Assembly: GCA_963772365.1 (NCBI GenBank)
Contig: CAVYXA010000001.1
Coordinates: forward strand, 576,001-640,000
Length of the DNA: 64,000 bases
Source of the DNA: an uncultured Verrucomicrobiae bacterium
GTDB lineage: Bacteria; Verrucomicrobiota; Verrucomicrobiia; Chthoniobacterales; UBA10450
Direction of reading: 5' to 3'
The notes beneath the pieces are model-generated. The model was not told where the DNA came from and did no database searches. It saw nothing but the letters and a program-made list of their open reading frames with translations. Each line of letters begins with the position of its first letter. The first letter of the stretch is position 1. Below are positions 51,223-60,192 of this stretch, piece by piece. The position numbers and the translations under genes were made by a program.

Positions 51223-52123
51223 TCCTGGTGATTTCCACTGCCAGTTCCAAGGCAGCGGTAGCCTGCGAACCCGACACTCGCGGCTCGTGCCCGGTGCTGG
51301 CGCATTCGACGAACGACACGAGTTGACGTTTGAGGGGTTCGTCGCGTTCGATCGGAACTTTGTCGCGCGCGATCCGATCCCCAACTTTGCGATAAATCTC
51401 GCCGGTTTGGTTTTGATAATCGAGAGAAAGATAAGCATCCTCTTGAAACACCCGGATTTTGCGCATCCGTTCGGGGCTGATCCGACTCGAGGTGACATTG
51501 GCTACGCAACCATCCTGAAACCGAATCCGCGCATTGGCGATGTCTTCGCTTTTGCTGAGAACAGGAACGCCAATGGCATCGATGCTCTGCACCGCTGAAC
51601 GCACCAGATGCAAAATGATTTCCAGATCGTGAATCATCAAATCAAGAACCACGCCGATGTCGATGCTGCGATCGGGATAGGGCGACAGCCTATGCGCTTC
51701 GATGAATCGGGGATGCGTCAGATGTTGTTCGAGCGCGCTCAGGACCGGATTGAACCGCTCCACATGGCCGACCTGCAAAATGAGCTTGTTCCTCGCCGCC
51801 AGCTCTGCCAGCTCGCTGGCGTGAGCGGTATTCTCCGTAATCGGTTTCTCGATGAGCACATGTTTGCCCTTTTCAAGTAACTGACGCGCGACTTCGTAAT
51901 GGACATTCGTGGGCGTCGCTACCGACGCCGCGTCGACCCGCACGATGAATTCATCCAGCGATTTGGCTACCATGCCTCCGAACTTTTTCGCGATCGATCC
52001 GGCCCGGTTAAGATCGACATCGTAGATCGCCGCAAATTCCGTCGAATCCAATTCGGAATAAATCCGGGCATGATTACTCCCGATATGACCGACTCCGACG
52101 ACACCGACACGCAATTTTTTCAT
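51203..52123 (-). CDS. Gfo/Idh/MocA oxidoreductase, GnnA-like
   Basis: GVVGVGHIG..HAR, LIEKP, QVGHVERFNP, VVLDLMIHD; directly upstream of lpxB. Confidence 0.85.
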   Translation of the reverse strand: MKKLRVGVVGVGHIGSNHARIYSELDSTEFAAIYDVDLNRAGSIAKKFGGMVAKSLDEFIVRVDAASVATPTNVHYEVARQLLEKGKHVLIEKPITENTAHASELAELAARNKLILQVGHVERFNPVLSALEQHLTHPRFIEAHRLSPYPDRSIDIGVVLDLMIHDLEIILHLVRSAVQSIDAIGVPVLSKSEDIANARIRFQDGCVANVTSSRISPERMRKIRVFQEDAYLSLDYQNQTGEIYRKVGDRIARDKVPIERDEPLKRQLVSFVECASTGHEPRVSGSQATAALELAVEITRKMTKSE

Positions 52124-52193
52124 CTACGGATAATCGTAGCTTCAATCCGCAGATTTCACAGACTTTCCCAGATTTCGTCGCCGTTCCTGTAAA

Positions 52194-52742
52194 TCAAATG
52201 CATTTGCGCCACGGCTCAAGAAGCCCACGCTTCTCAATCTCTTTTTCCAGCCGCGAGCGATCGACATCAGTCACGGCCAATATTCCCCGAATGTCCCGCA
52301 GGTGTTTCTCGCTGCCGCCTTCCCGATAAAATTCGAGCTTACCGACGATGACGTATTCGGGCGGTGCAAGCCAGATCGTCGAATCCTCGATCGTCGCTGG
52401 CTGTCGATGACGCAACGCCCAATCAGTAAATAAATCTTTGCTGGCGGGGTAAACGTCAGCCTTAAACCCGGTGTCATGATGAATTAGATTGAAGTGTCCA
52501 CGTGTTTTCCGGGCTACCTCCGTCGCAATGACGTCCACCGGAGGACAATAAAATTCTTCCAGTGGAAACGCGGCCACCAATTTTTCGATATCATTCCCGC
52601 CGAGAACGACAATTACATCGACATCATTGGTAACGCGGTAGTCGCCGTAACTCATGGAGGCAATGGAACCAGTGGCCATCCACTGCACGCCTGTCTGGTT
52701 CAGTCGATCCGCAATAAGAGCAGCAGCTTTAGGGAGCCCCAT
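52194..52742 (-). CDS. Pol-beta-fold nucleotidyltransferase
   Basis: ATGSIASMSYG.YR.TNDVD, FNLIH..TG.K.D, APPEY.I..KL......GSEKHLRDI. Confidence 0.8.
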   Translation of the reverse strand: MGLPKAAALIADRLNQTGVQWMATGSIASMSYGDYRVTNDVDVIVVLGGNDIEKLVAAFPLEEFYCPPVDVIATEVARKTRGHFNLIHHDTGFKADVYPASKDLFTDWALRHRQPATIEDSTIWLAPPEYVIVGKLEFYREGGSEKHLRDIRGILAVTDVDRSRLEKEIEKRGLLEPWRKCI

Positions 52743-52926
52743 GCTTCACAAACTCGCGCAAAGCCTGCGCGATTTTTTTCTCTGACCAGTCCGGATGTTG
52801 CGATCGAAGCGCGGCGGCTTTGAGTTGGCGCATTTCTTCCATGAATTGTAAGCCGATAGTGAGCCGCTGACCGGGCGTCAATTTGCGCAACGCCTTGATC
52901 TGCTCGGGATGCAGCTCGTGGCTCAT
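52729..52926 (-). CDS. Small helical protein (65 aa), partner of the nucleotidyltransferase
   Basis: HPEQI..LR.LTP.QRL...LR.QHPDWSE; overlaps the NTase start. Confidence 0.7.
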   Translation of the reverse strand: MSHELHPEQIKALRKLTPGQRLTIGLQFMEEMRQLKAAALRSQHPDWSEKKIAQALREFVKHGAP

Positions 52927-53016
52927 TGGTCTCTTTGATCAACTGAAGCTTCGGCCTCGGCAACTGATTTAATTGGCCGCGACTCCACAAAACCCGACAA
53001 CGTCCCGCCAGCCAAT

Positions 53017-53949
53017 TCAGGACGCCACATTTTTCAACAACCATTCATAGGTTCGCGCAATTCCTTCATGCAGCGGAATCGTCGGGCGCCAGCCGAGGTT
53101 CGTCAGTTTGCTAACATTGAGAAGTTTGCGCGGCGTGCCATCGGGTTTGCCCGTGTCCCAGGTAAGTTCGCCACCAAAGCCGACCACATCGCAGATCAAT
53201 CTCGCTAGTTCCTCGATCGAAATATCCTCACCGCAGCCGACATTGATGATTTCAGGCGAATCGTAATTTCCCAAAAGGAAGACACAGGCGGAAGCCAGAT
53301 CATCGACATGCAGAAATTCCCGACGCGGTTTGCCGCTGCCCCAAACGACGAGCTCTTTCGCTTCTCGCGTTTTCGCTTCATGGGCTTTGCGCAAAAGAGC
53401 GGCGAGCACGTGTGAGGTTTCGAGATCGAAGTTGTCATTCGGGCCGTAAAGATTGGTCGGCATGGGGGAAATGAAATTCGCGCCGAACTCACGTGCGTAA
53501 GCCTGGCAAAGTTTAATCCCGGCGATCTTGGCAATCGCGTAAGCCTCGTTGGTCGGCTCCAGTGGACCGGTGAGCAACGCGCTTTCCGGAATGGGTTGCG
53601 GCGCGTGCTTGGGATAAATGCATGAGCTGCCGAGGAAAAGAAGTTTCCGCACGCCATTCTCGTGTGCAGCCTGAATGACATTGTTTTGGATCGACAGATT
53701 CTCGAGCAGAAATTCGACTGGCTGATCGTTGTTCGCCTTGATTCCCCCCACTTTCGCGGCAGCTAGAATCACGATGTCTGGCTTTTCGTCTGTAAAGAAT
53801 CGTGCGACTGCAGAGCCATTCGCGAGATCGAGCTGCGATCGCTCACGAGTCAGCAAGTTCTCAAAACCATCAGCCTGGAGTCGTCTCACCAATGCGCTGC
53901 CGACCATCCCTCGATGACCGGCCACGAAAATTTTGTCAGACTTGTTCAT
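53017..53949 (-). CDS. fcl: GDP-L-fucose synthase
   Basis: VAGHRGMVGSA, AAAKVGGI.AN, LGSSCIYPK, LEPTNE.YAIAK, PTNLYGP.DNF, KPDGTPRK. Confidence 0.95.
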   Translation of the reverse strand: MNKSDKIFVAGHRGMVGSALVRRLQADGFENLLTRERSQLDLANGSAVARFFTDEKPDIVILAAAKVGGIKANNDQPVEFLLENLSIQNNVIQAAHENGVRKLLFLGSSCIYPKHAPQPIPESALLTGPLEPTNEAYAIAKIAGIKLCQAYAREFGANFISPMPTNLYGPNDNFDLETSHVLAALLRKAHEAKTREAKELVVWGSGKPRREFLHVDDLASACVFLLGNYDSPEIINVGCGEDISIEELARLICDVVGFGGELTWDTGKPDGTPRKLLNVSKLTNLGWRPTIPLHEGIARTYEWLLKNVAS

Positions 53950-54052
53950 GCTTGTTTGGCGGGCCGGATGCCTACCAGCCCCGACAGCCAAGATGGCTGT
54001 GCTCCGTTGATTAGCATTTTCTTTTTTGCCGGTCTGCGCAATTCTTCGCTTC

Positions 54053-54931
54053 GTGAGAAAGCCGCGGCCACGCCTGCAAGTTCAGAAAACTTACAAGCTC
54101 TATATCGGCGGCAAGTTTGTGCGCGGTGAGAACGGACGCCTGCTGCCCGCGCTGGATGGCAGCCGCAATCTCCTGGCCAACTTTTGCCGCGCATCGAAGA
54201 AAGACTTTCGCGACGCCGTTGTGGCTGCGCGCACGGCATTTCCGAATTGGTCGAGGCAGAGCGCGTATTTGCGCGGGCAAATTTTGTATCGCGCGGCGGA
54301 GATGCTGGAGATGCGTCGAGGCGAGTTACAAAACGAAGTGACGCGCTCCAATGGCACCGCGAAGTCGTCGGATTCGGAGATGACATTGGCGGTCGATCGG
54401 CTCGTCCACTATGCAGGTTGGGCGGACAAGTTCGGGCAGATTTTTGGCTCGGTGAATCCTGTCGCCAGCTCTCACTTCAATTTCACCACTCCCGAACCGA
54501 CGGGCGTCGTCATTGTAATTTGTCCGGACGAACCGCCGTTGTTGCCGCTTATTTCATTAGTCGCACCGGTGATTTTAAGCGGCAATTGCGGAGTCGTTTT
54601 GGCATCGACAACGAAACCGCTGCCCGCGCTTACGTTCGCAGAGATTATTGCCACGAGCGATCTGCCGGGCGGTGTCATCAACGTGCTGGCGGGCGATCGC
54701 GCCGAACTCGCACCGCATTTTGCCAGTCACATGGATGTAAACGCAATTGTCGATGCTAGCGGCGATCAAAAAATCGGGCGTGAACTACAAGGCGGCGGCG
54801 CACTAAATTTGAAACGCTACGCAGCCCGTAATCTCGCGGCTAATGAATGGCGCGGACGAACGGCGGAAAATCCATATTGGATTCTGGACACAGTCGAGAT
54901 GAAGACAGCCTGGCATCCGATCGGGGTTTAA
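54053..54931 (+). CDS. Short aldehyde-dehydrogenase-family protein lacking the catalytic domain
   Basis: KTYKLYIGGKF, YAGWADK, EPTGVV, LPGGVINVL.G, E.KT.W.P; no ELGGK or GQxC motif; start position uncertain. Confidence 0.75.
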   Translation: MRKPRPRLQVQKTYKLYIGGKFVRGENGRLLPALDGSRNLLANFCRASKKDFRDAVVAARTAFPNWSRQSAYLRGQILYRAAEMLEMRRGELQNEVTRSNGTAKSSDSEMTLAVDRLVHYAGWADKFGQIFGSVNPVASSHFNFTTPEPTGVVIVICPDEPPLLPLISLVAPVILSGNCGVVLASTTKPLPALTFAEIIATSDLPGGVINVLAGDRAELAPHFASHMDVNAIVDASGDQKIGRELQGGGALNLKRYAARNLAANEWRGRTAENPYWILDTVEMKTAWHPIGV

Positions 54932-55026
54932 ACAACGGCGTGCCATGGGCTACCAGGGAAAGGCCTGTCGGCACACCTTCGCACCGTAAAATGGCACGCA
55001 TCGCGCTCATTCAGGCGGGCTTCGCA

Positions 55027-56259
55027 ATGCACATTCCAACCTTAATCGAAAAGAAGCGCGACGGCGGCGAGCTCTCCTCGGAGGAAATCGAGTTTCTGAT
55101 CAGCGAATTTACCGATGACAAGCTGCCCGATTATCAAATGAGCGCCTGGGCTATGGCGGTTTTCTTTAGCGGAATGACACCGAAGGAAACCGAGGCGCTG
55201 ACCAATGCGATGATGAATAGCGGCCGCGTTTTGAAACACCCAAAGAACTCGCCCCCGAAGATCGACAAACATTCCACCGGAGGCGTGGGCGACAAGACTT
55301 CGCTGGTGCTCGCTCCCCTGCTCGCCTGCGATGACGTCTGGGTGCCAATGATTTCTGGGCGCGGTCTCGGTATCACAGGCGGCACATTGGACAAACTCGG
55401 CAGTATCCCGGGATTCAATGTGAACCTGGATGATAAACGCGCGCTCAAACAGTTGGACAAAATCGGGGTAGTCATGATCGGTCAAACTGATGACATTTGC
55501 CCGGCGGACAAGAAGCTGTATGCGCTGCGCGATGTGACCGGAACTGTGCCGTCGAAACCGCTCATTGTGGCGAGCATTATGAGCAAGAAGCTGGCGGAGA
55601 ACCTCGACCGGCTTGTGTTAGATGTGAAGTTCGGCAGCGGCGCATTCATGAAAACAAGAAAAGAAGCGGAGCAACTGGCCAAAGCAATGACAAGCGTAGG
55701 CGAAGCAATGAAGGTGAAAATGTCGCATCTCCTTAGCCCAATGGACGAACCGCTCGGCCGCGCAGTCGGCAATGCGCTGGAAGTGGCCGAATGTGTTGAG
55801 GTCCTCAATGGCAAAGGACCGAAAGATGTTGTGAACCTGGTTCTCGATCTTGCCGAGAAGATTTCTACGACGCCACGTCCAACTTTGGAAAAACGCCTGA
55901 ACGATGGCAGCGCTTGGAAAAAATTTGTCTCTCTCGTGTATGCGCAAGATGGAGATGCCACGGCCCTTGAGCGATTGCTGAGCGTTCATCGTGCCGCCAT
56001 TGTTCAACCGTTGCCCGCGAAAAAGACGGGAAAGGTAAAGAAAATGGATGCAGAACTGATCGGACGCGCTTCGGTTCTGTTAGGCGGTGGCCGTGAGAGA
56101 GCTGGCGACAAGATCGACGTGACCGTTGGCATGTCGAGGATCAAAAAGATCGGAGAGACTGTCGATGTTGACGAGCCGTTGCTATTTGTTCACGCCCGCA
56201 CCGAGCGATCACTGATGGACGTGATGCCGCTGCTGGAAAAAGCCGTCGGCATCGGTTAA
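55027..56259 (+). CDS. pdp: Pyrimidine-nucleoside / thymidine phosphorylase
   Basis: IEKKRDG, DKHSTGGVGDK, SGRGLG.TGGTLDKL, PADKKLYALRDVT, SIMSKK, DVKFGSGAFM. Confidence 0.92.
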   Translation: MHIPTLIEKKRDGGELSSEEIEFLISEFTDDKLPDYQMSAWAMAVFFSGMTPKETEALTNAMMNSGRVLKHPKNSPPKIDKHSTGGVGDKTSLVLAPLLACDDVWVPMISGRGLGITGGTLDKLGSIPGFNVNLDDKRALKQLDKIGVVMIGQTDDICPADKKLYALRDVTGTVPSKPLIVASIMSKKLAENLDRLVLDVKFGSGAFMKTRKEAEQLAKAMTSVGEAMKVKMSHLLSPMDEPLGRAVGNALEVAECVEVLNGKGPKDVVNLVLDLAEKISTTPRPTLEKRLNDGSAWKKFVSLVYAQDGDATALERLLSVHRAAIVQPLPAKKTGKVKKMDAELIGRASVLLGGGRERAGDKIDVTVGMSRIKKIGETVDVDEPLLFVHARTERSLMDVMPLLEKAVGIG

Positions 56260-56265
56260 GAGCGA

Positions 56266-56466
56266 CTAACCGCCGGCGACGACACGGATCAATTCCACTC
56301 GATCGCCTTCGGCAAGGGACTTTTGTGGCCAATCCCGTCGATGGAGCGCGAGGCCGTTGTGCTCGACCAAAATCGATTGTGGCGAGAACTGATATCGTCT
56401 GATCAGCTCGGCAAGGGTTTCGACACCGTCCACTTCCACTTTTTCGCCGTTGAGTGAAATGGTCAT
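56266..56466 (-). CDS. thiS: Sulfur carrier protein ThiS
   Basis: 66 aa, I.LNGE...VE.NG...GD.VE....V.GG C-terminus; overlaps the thiH stop. Confidence 0.9.
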   Translation of the reverse strand: MTISLNGEKVEVDGVETLAELIRRYQFSPQSILVEHNGLALHRRDWPQKSLAEGDRVELIRVVAGG

Positions 56467-57587
56467 ATTCGAGACAACGCCTGGTCCCAATCTTTCCAAA
56501 CAGGATCGAATCCTCGGCCACGCAAAACCGAAGCTATCTCCGCCGGGGAACGTTCGTCGCTGATATCGAATTGCCCCGTGGCAAGTCGATCCTCACCATT
56601 GTGAAACTCTGGTGCCACGATCCGGCCCCGCACTGTGCGATGTAAATGTTCGCTGCCCTGCCGGGTGTAACCTCCGGGCTCCGTGTGACTGCCTGCGCTC
56701 ATCATGGTCACACCCAGCGGAACCAGCGAATCACGCAGAAGCGCTCGTTCACGAGTGCTCAGCACAATGCCGACTTGCGGAAAAGTGATTCGCAACGCGC
56801 AAACCAGTTGGGCCAACTGGCGATCGGTCATGGAAAAGGGCGGATGAAATCCGCCAGCGGCGGGCCGCAACCGCGGCAGACTAATCGTGATCTGGGCCTG
56901 CCAGCAATGTTTGAGCAGATATTCCACATGCGCGGCCAAGGCCACGGCTTCATCCTGCCATGGGCACAGGCCAAAGAGCGCGCCAATGCCAAGACGCCGA
57001 AAACCGGCCGCGTAACCGCGCTCCGCGCAGTCGAGTCGAAAATTGAAGTCTCGTTTCGGTCCGGCGGTGTGCATCTCGGCATACACGGCCCGGTTGTATG
57101 TCTCCTGATAGACCACCAAACCTTCCGCGCCAGCATCGACAATTGGAACATAGTCCTCCGTGTCCATCGGTCCCATCTCGATGGAAACGGATGAGAAATC
57201 CGGCACTAGCGCACGAACACATTCCGTAAGATAATCGCGACTCACAAACTTCGGATGCTCACCAGCGACCAGAAGTATTTGGCGAAAACCTTCATTGGAT
57301 AAATGGCGCGCTTCGGCCGCTACTTCGTCCACGCTCAGGGTCACGCGAAGAATCGGATTATCGCGCGAGAAGCCGCAATATCGGCAGTTGTTAATGCACT
57401 CGTTGGAAAGATAAAGGGGCGCGAACAGACGCATTGTCCGCCCAAAGTTTTGCAACGTCAGGGTCCTCGCGGTTTTGGCCATGATCTCGAGATCGGCCGG
57501 AGATTTTGCTGCGATCAGTTGTTCAAAGCGCCGAACCAGCGGCGATTTGGCCAAAGCAAGGTTGTCGAGTATTTCCGCAAAAGACAC
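56463..57587 (-). CDS. thiH: 2-iminoacetate synthase (radical SAM)
   Basis: LFAPLYLSNECINNCRYCGF (CxxxCxxC), LLVAGEHP, YQETY, LSTRE, SAGS.TEPGGY, WKDWD. Confidence 0.93.
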   Translation of the reverse strand: MSFAEILDNLALAKSPLVRRFEQLIAAKSPADLEIMAKTARTLTLQNFGRTMRLFAPLYLSNECINNCRYCGFSRDNPILRVTLSVDEVAAEARHLSNEGFRQILLVAGEHPKFVSRDYLTECVRALVPDFSSVSIEMGPMDTEDYVPIVDAGAEGLVVYQETYNRAVYAEMHTAGPKRDFNFRLDCAERGYAAGFRRLGIGALFGLCPWQDEAVALAAHVEYLLKHCWQAQITISLPRLRPAAGGFHPPFSMTDRQLAQLVCALRITFPQVGIVLSTRERALLRDSLVPLGVTMMSAGSHTEPGGYTRQGSEHLHRTVRGRIVAPEFHNGEDRLATGQFDISDERSPAEIASVLRGRGFDPVWKDWDQALSRI

Positions 57588-57667
57588 GCCACAATTTCAC
57601 GCGCAGAGAGGCAGTTCGCAAACGATAAGGGGGCGATCGGCATTGACGGAAATCGTTTCGTTTCTGG

Positions 57668-58390
57668 TTAGAACGCGAAATTAATACCGCTCCGAGCCAT
57701 ACCGAAATTATTGTGCGTACCGTCTACGACGTTCCAGCTGAAATCGGAGATCCAGCCAATCGTTGGCGTAAGGCGAACCTCCATACCGCCTCCGAATTGG
57801 CCCATAGCTCGGGATTCCGCATCGTGATCAATTCGCTCGGTGAAACCTCTTACATCGACCACACGCTCGCGATGGCCTCCGAAAACGCCACCGCCACCTG
57901 CCCACATATATGGAGCAAAGCGGGAACAGCCAATCGGGTAACGCAAGGTCACCGTACCAAGAGCGCCACCCACGACATGATGATCGCTTTCGGAGTTAAA
58001 CTCAGTCCCAACATTCCCAAAAGTCTCGATGTTATATCGGCTGCCATGCGCGGCCAGACCAAAGCCTTCCAGTCCGACACCGAAATATTTTGCAAAGAAA
58101 TATTTCGCATCAATTCCGCCGCCCCAGGCGTGATCGCCACCGAGAAACTGATCGTAACTGCCGCCGTTTCCTGTCACGAGAGTATCGAACAGACTGTTGC
58201 GATTGTAATCTGTGCTGGTAAACGCATAAGCGCCCCAGAGACCAACGTTCCATTCCACGTCTCGATACCACTCACAGGGCGCGGGCGGCGGAGCGGGTTG
58301 GAGTTCTTTGCCTGAATAAGATTCCGTTCCGGCGAAGGCCAACGATCCCGTCATTCCTAAAGCCAATAATCCTAATACTGTCTTTTTCAT
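57668..58390 (-). CDS. Outer-membrane beta-barrel protein (8-strand/OmpA-like)
   Basis: Signal peptide, Gly/aromatic alternating strands, C-terminal GINFAF. Confidence 0.75.
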   Translation of the reverse strand: MKKTVLGLLALGMTGSLAFAGTESYSGKELQPAPPPAPCEWYRDVEWNVGLWGAYAFTSTDYNRNSLFDTLVTGNGGSYDQFLGGDHAWGGGIDAKYFFAKYFGVGLEGFGLAAHGSRYNIETFGNVGTEFNSESDHHVVGGALGTVTLRYPIGCSRFAPYMWAGGGGVFGGHRERVVDVRGFTERIDHDAESRAMGQFGGGMEVRLTPTIGWISDFSWNVVDGTHNNFGMARSGINFAF

Positions 58391-58545
58391 GATCCCTTTC
58401 TCCCTTGGTTAAGTTTTCCTGACCCGAAGTTGAGCACCCTCAGCGCTCATATCAGAAACGCATGGAGACCGGCGTTTGGATGCCCCTAGCGGGATGATTT
58501 CAGAGGAACAACAGTAGACGTGCTATTGCGGCTGGTTCCAGTGCC

Positions 58546-60120
58546 TTAGACTTTTAGCTCAGCGCCGGTGTTTGCGTCGGTGATAATGAATTTCTCGTGA
58601 TGGTAGGTGGGATCACCGCGGAAGGTTAACCGGCTCGCGTAACGGCGTTCCAATTCGACGAGCAATTCTTCATCCTCTTCTTTCAACCGCTTGAGCACGT
58701 CGGGATTGAGAATGACCCGGAAATCGTGCACCGAATCCTGAAATTTGCGCATCACGATGTTGAGCGTTCGGTGCAACTCGACGCTGGTCGTCATCGATGT
58801 CTTTACCACGCCCCGCCCCCCGCAGTATGGACAATTCTCGTAGATCGTGTCGCTCAAGCTTTCCTGAGCACGCTGACGCGTCATTTCCATCAAGCCAAGC
58901 TGCGAAATCGGCAACACATGAGTTTTGGCCTTGTCGCGCTTGAGCCGCTCCTTCATGAGCTGATAAACCAATTGCTGATCCTTGCGGCTTTTCATGTCGA
59001 TGAAGTCGCCAATGATGAGGCCGCCGATATTGCGCAGCCGAAGCTGGCGGGCGATTTCATCCGCCGCTTCCAGGTTCGTTTGCAAAATCGTTTTTTCGAC
59101 GTCGCGCCCGCCTTTATTGCGGCCGGTGTTCACGTCAACGGCCACCAGCGCCTCCGTTTCATCGATCACGATGTAGCCCCCGCATCTGAGCCAGACCTGT
59201 CGGTGAAACGCGTCATCGATCTGTTTTTGCACGCCGTAGGTTTCGAAAATTGGCGTAGCGCCATCATAGTAATGAATCCGATTGCGAGCGCGGCGCGAAA
59301 TCTGGCCGACCATTTCGATCATCCGATCCGTTGCGGAACGGTCGTCGCATAAGACTTCATCGATTTCTTCGGTGAGAAAATCGCGCACCGTGCGCTCGAC
59401 CAAACTCGGTTCGGCAAAAACCCGGTACGGCGCGGGTTCGTTACGGATCAGCTCCTCAACTTTGGTCCACTGATCCAGAAGGAAACGCAAATCGCGCACG
59501 AAATATCGGGCGCGCTGACCTTCGCCCACGGTCCGAATGATGACTCCGATACCGTCGGGAGCATCGAGTTGCCTCAAAATCTTGCGTAGCCGATCGCGCT
59601 CTTTTGGGTTCTCGATCTTGCGCGAAATGCCGCTGCGATCGCTAAAGGGCATCAGGACAAGATAGCGGCCGGCGAAACTGAGATTGGTCGTGACCCGGGG
59701 ACCTTTCGTGCCAATTGGGCCCTTGGTCACCTGCACGATCACTTCCGAGCCCACGGGATAGATACTTGGAATATCTTTGACCGTAATTCGTTTGCGCGGC
59801 CGCTTGTGCGAGGGGCGATCGATTTCTTCAATGCCACTGTCGAGCGCCGCCGGAATCGCATCCCAAAAATGGAGGAACGCATTTTTGTCCAGGCCAATGT
59901 CCACAAACATCGCCTTCAATCCCATCTCGATGTTTTTGACCCGGCCCTTGTAAACGCTACCGACGATGTTGCGCGAGGCGGAGCGCTCGACGCTATATTC
60001 TTCGAGCCGGCCATTCTCCAGCAGCGCGACGCGCGACTCGAGTTTTTCGACGCTCAGCACGAGCTTGTTGCCGGTTTTTCGTGAAGTGAAACCTAAAATT
60101 TTTCGGACTTTGTCTAACAT
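58546..60120 (-). CDS. rng: Rne/Rng family ribonuclease (RNase G-sized)
   Basis: G.VYKGRV, AMFVDIG, VQVTK.P.GTKGPR, VDVNTG, TNLEAA.EIARQLRLR..GG, DFIDM, CPYC.G.G. Confidence 0.9.
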   Translation of the reverse strand: MLDKVRKILGFTSRKTGNKLVLSVEKLESRVALLENGRLEEYSVERSASRNIVGSVYKGRVKNIEMGLKAMFVDIGLDKNAFLHFWDAIPAALDSGIEEIDRPSHKRPRKRITVKDIPSIYPVGSEVIVQVTKGPIGTKGPRVTTNLSFAGRYLVLMPFSDRSGISRKIENPKERDRLRKILRQLDAPDGIGVIIRTVGEGQRARYFVRDLRFLLDQWTKVEELIRNEPAPYRVFAEPSLVERTVRDFLTEEIDEVLCDDRSATDRMIEMVGQISRRARNRIHYYDGATPIFETYGVQKQIDDAFHRQVWLRCGGYIVIDETEALVAVDVNTGRNKGGRDVEKTILQTNLEAADEIARQLRLRNIGGLIIGDFIDMKSRKDQQLVYQLMKERLKRDKAKTHVLPISQLGLMEMTRQRAQESLSDTIYENCPYCGGRGVVKTSMTTSVELHRTLNIVMRKFQDSVHDFRVILNPDVLKRLKEEDEELLVELERRYASRLTFRGDPTYHHEKFIITDANTGAELKV

Positions 60121-60192
60121 AAAAGCAGGGAGGTTTGGTGATCGAAATCGGAGCTATGATGTTGCGGATGGTCATTGCTCTAAGATCGACAG

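Noticed and set aside
58400..58500. Canonical TPP riboswitch
   Set aside because: The conserved 3' half of the aptamer is not recognisable; kept only as a low-interest finding.
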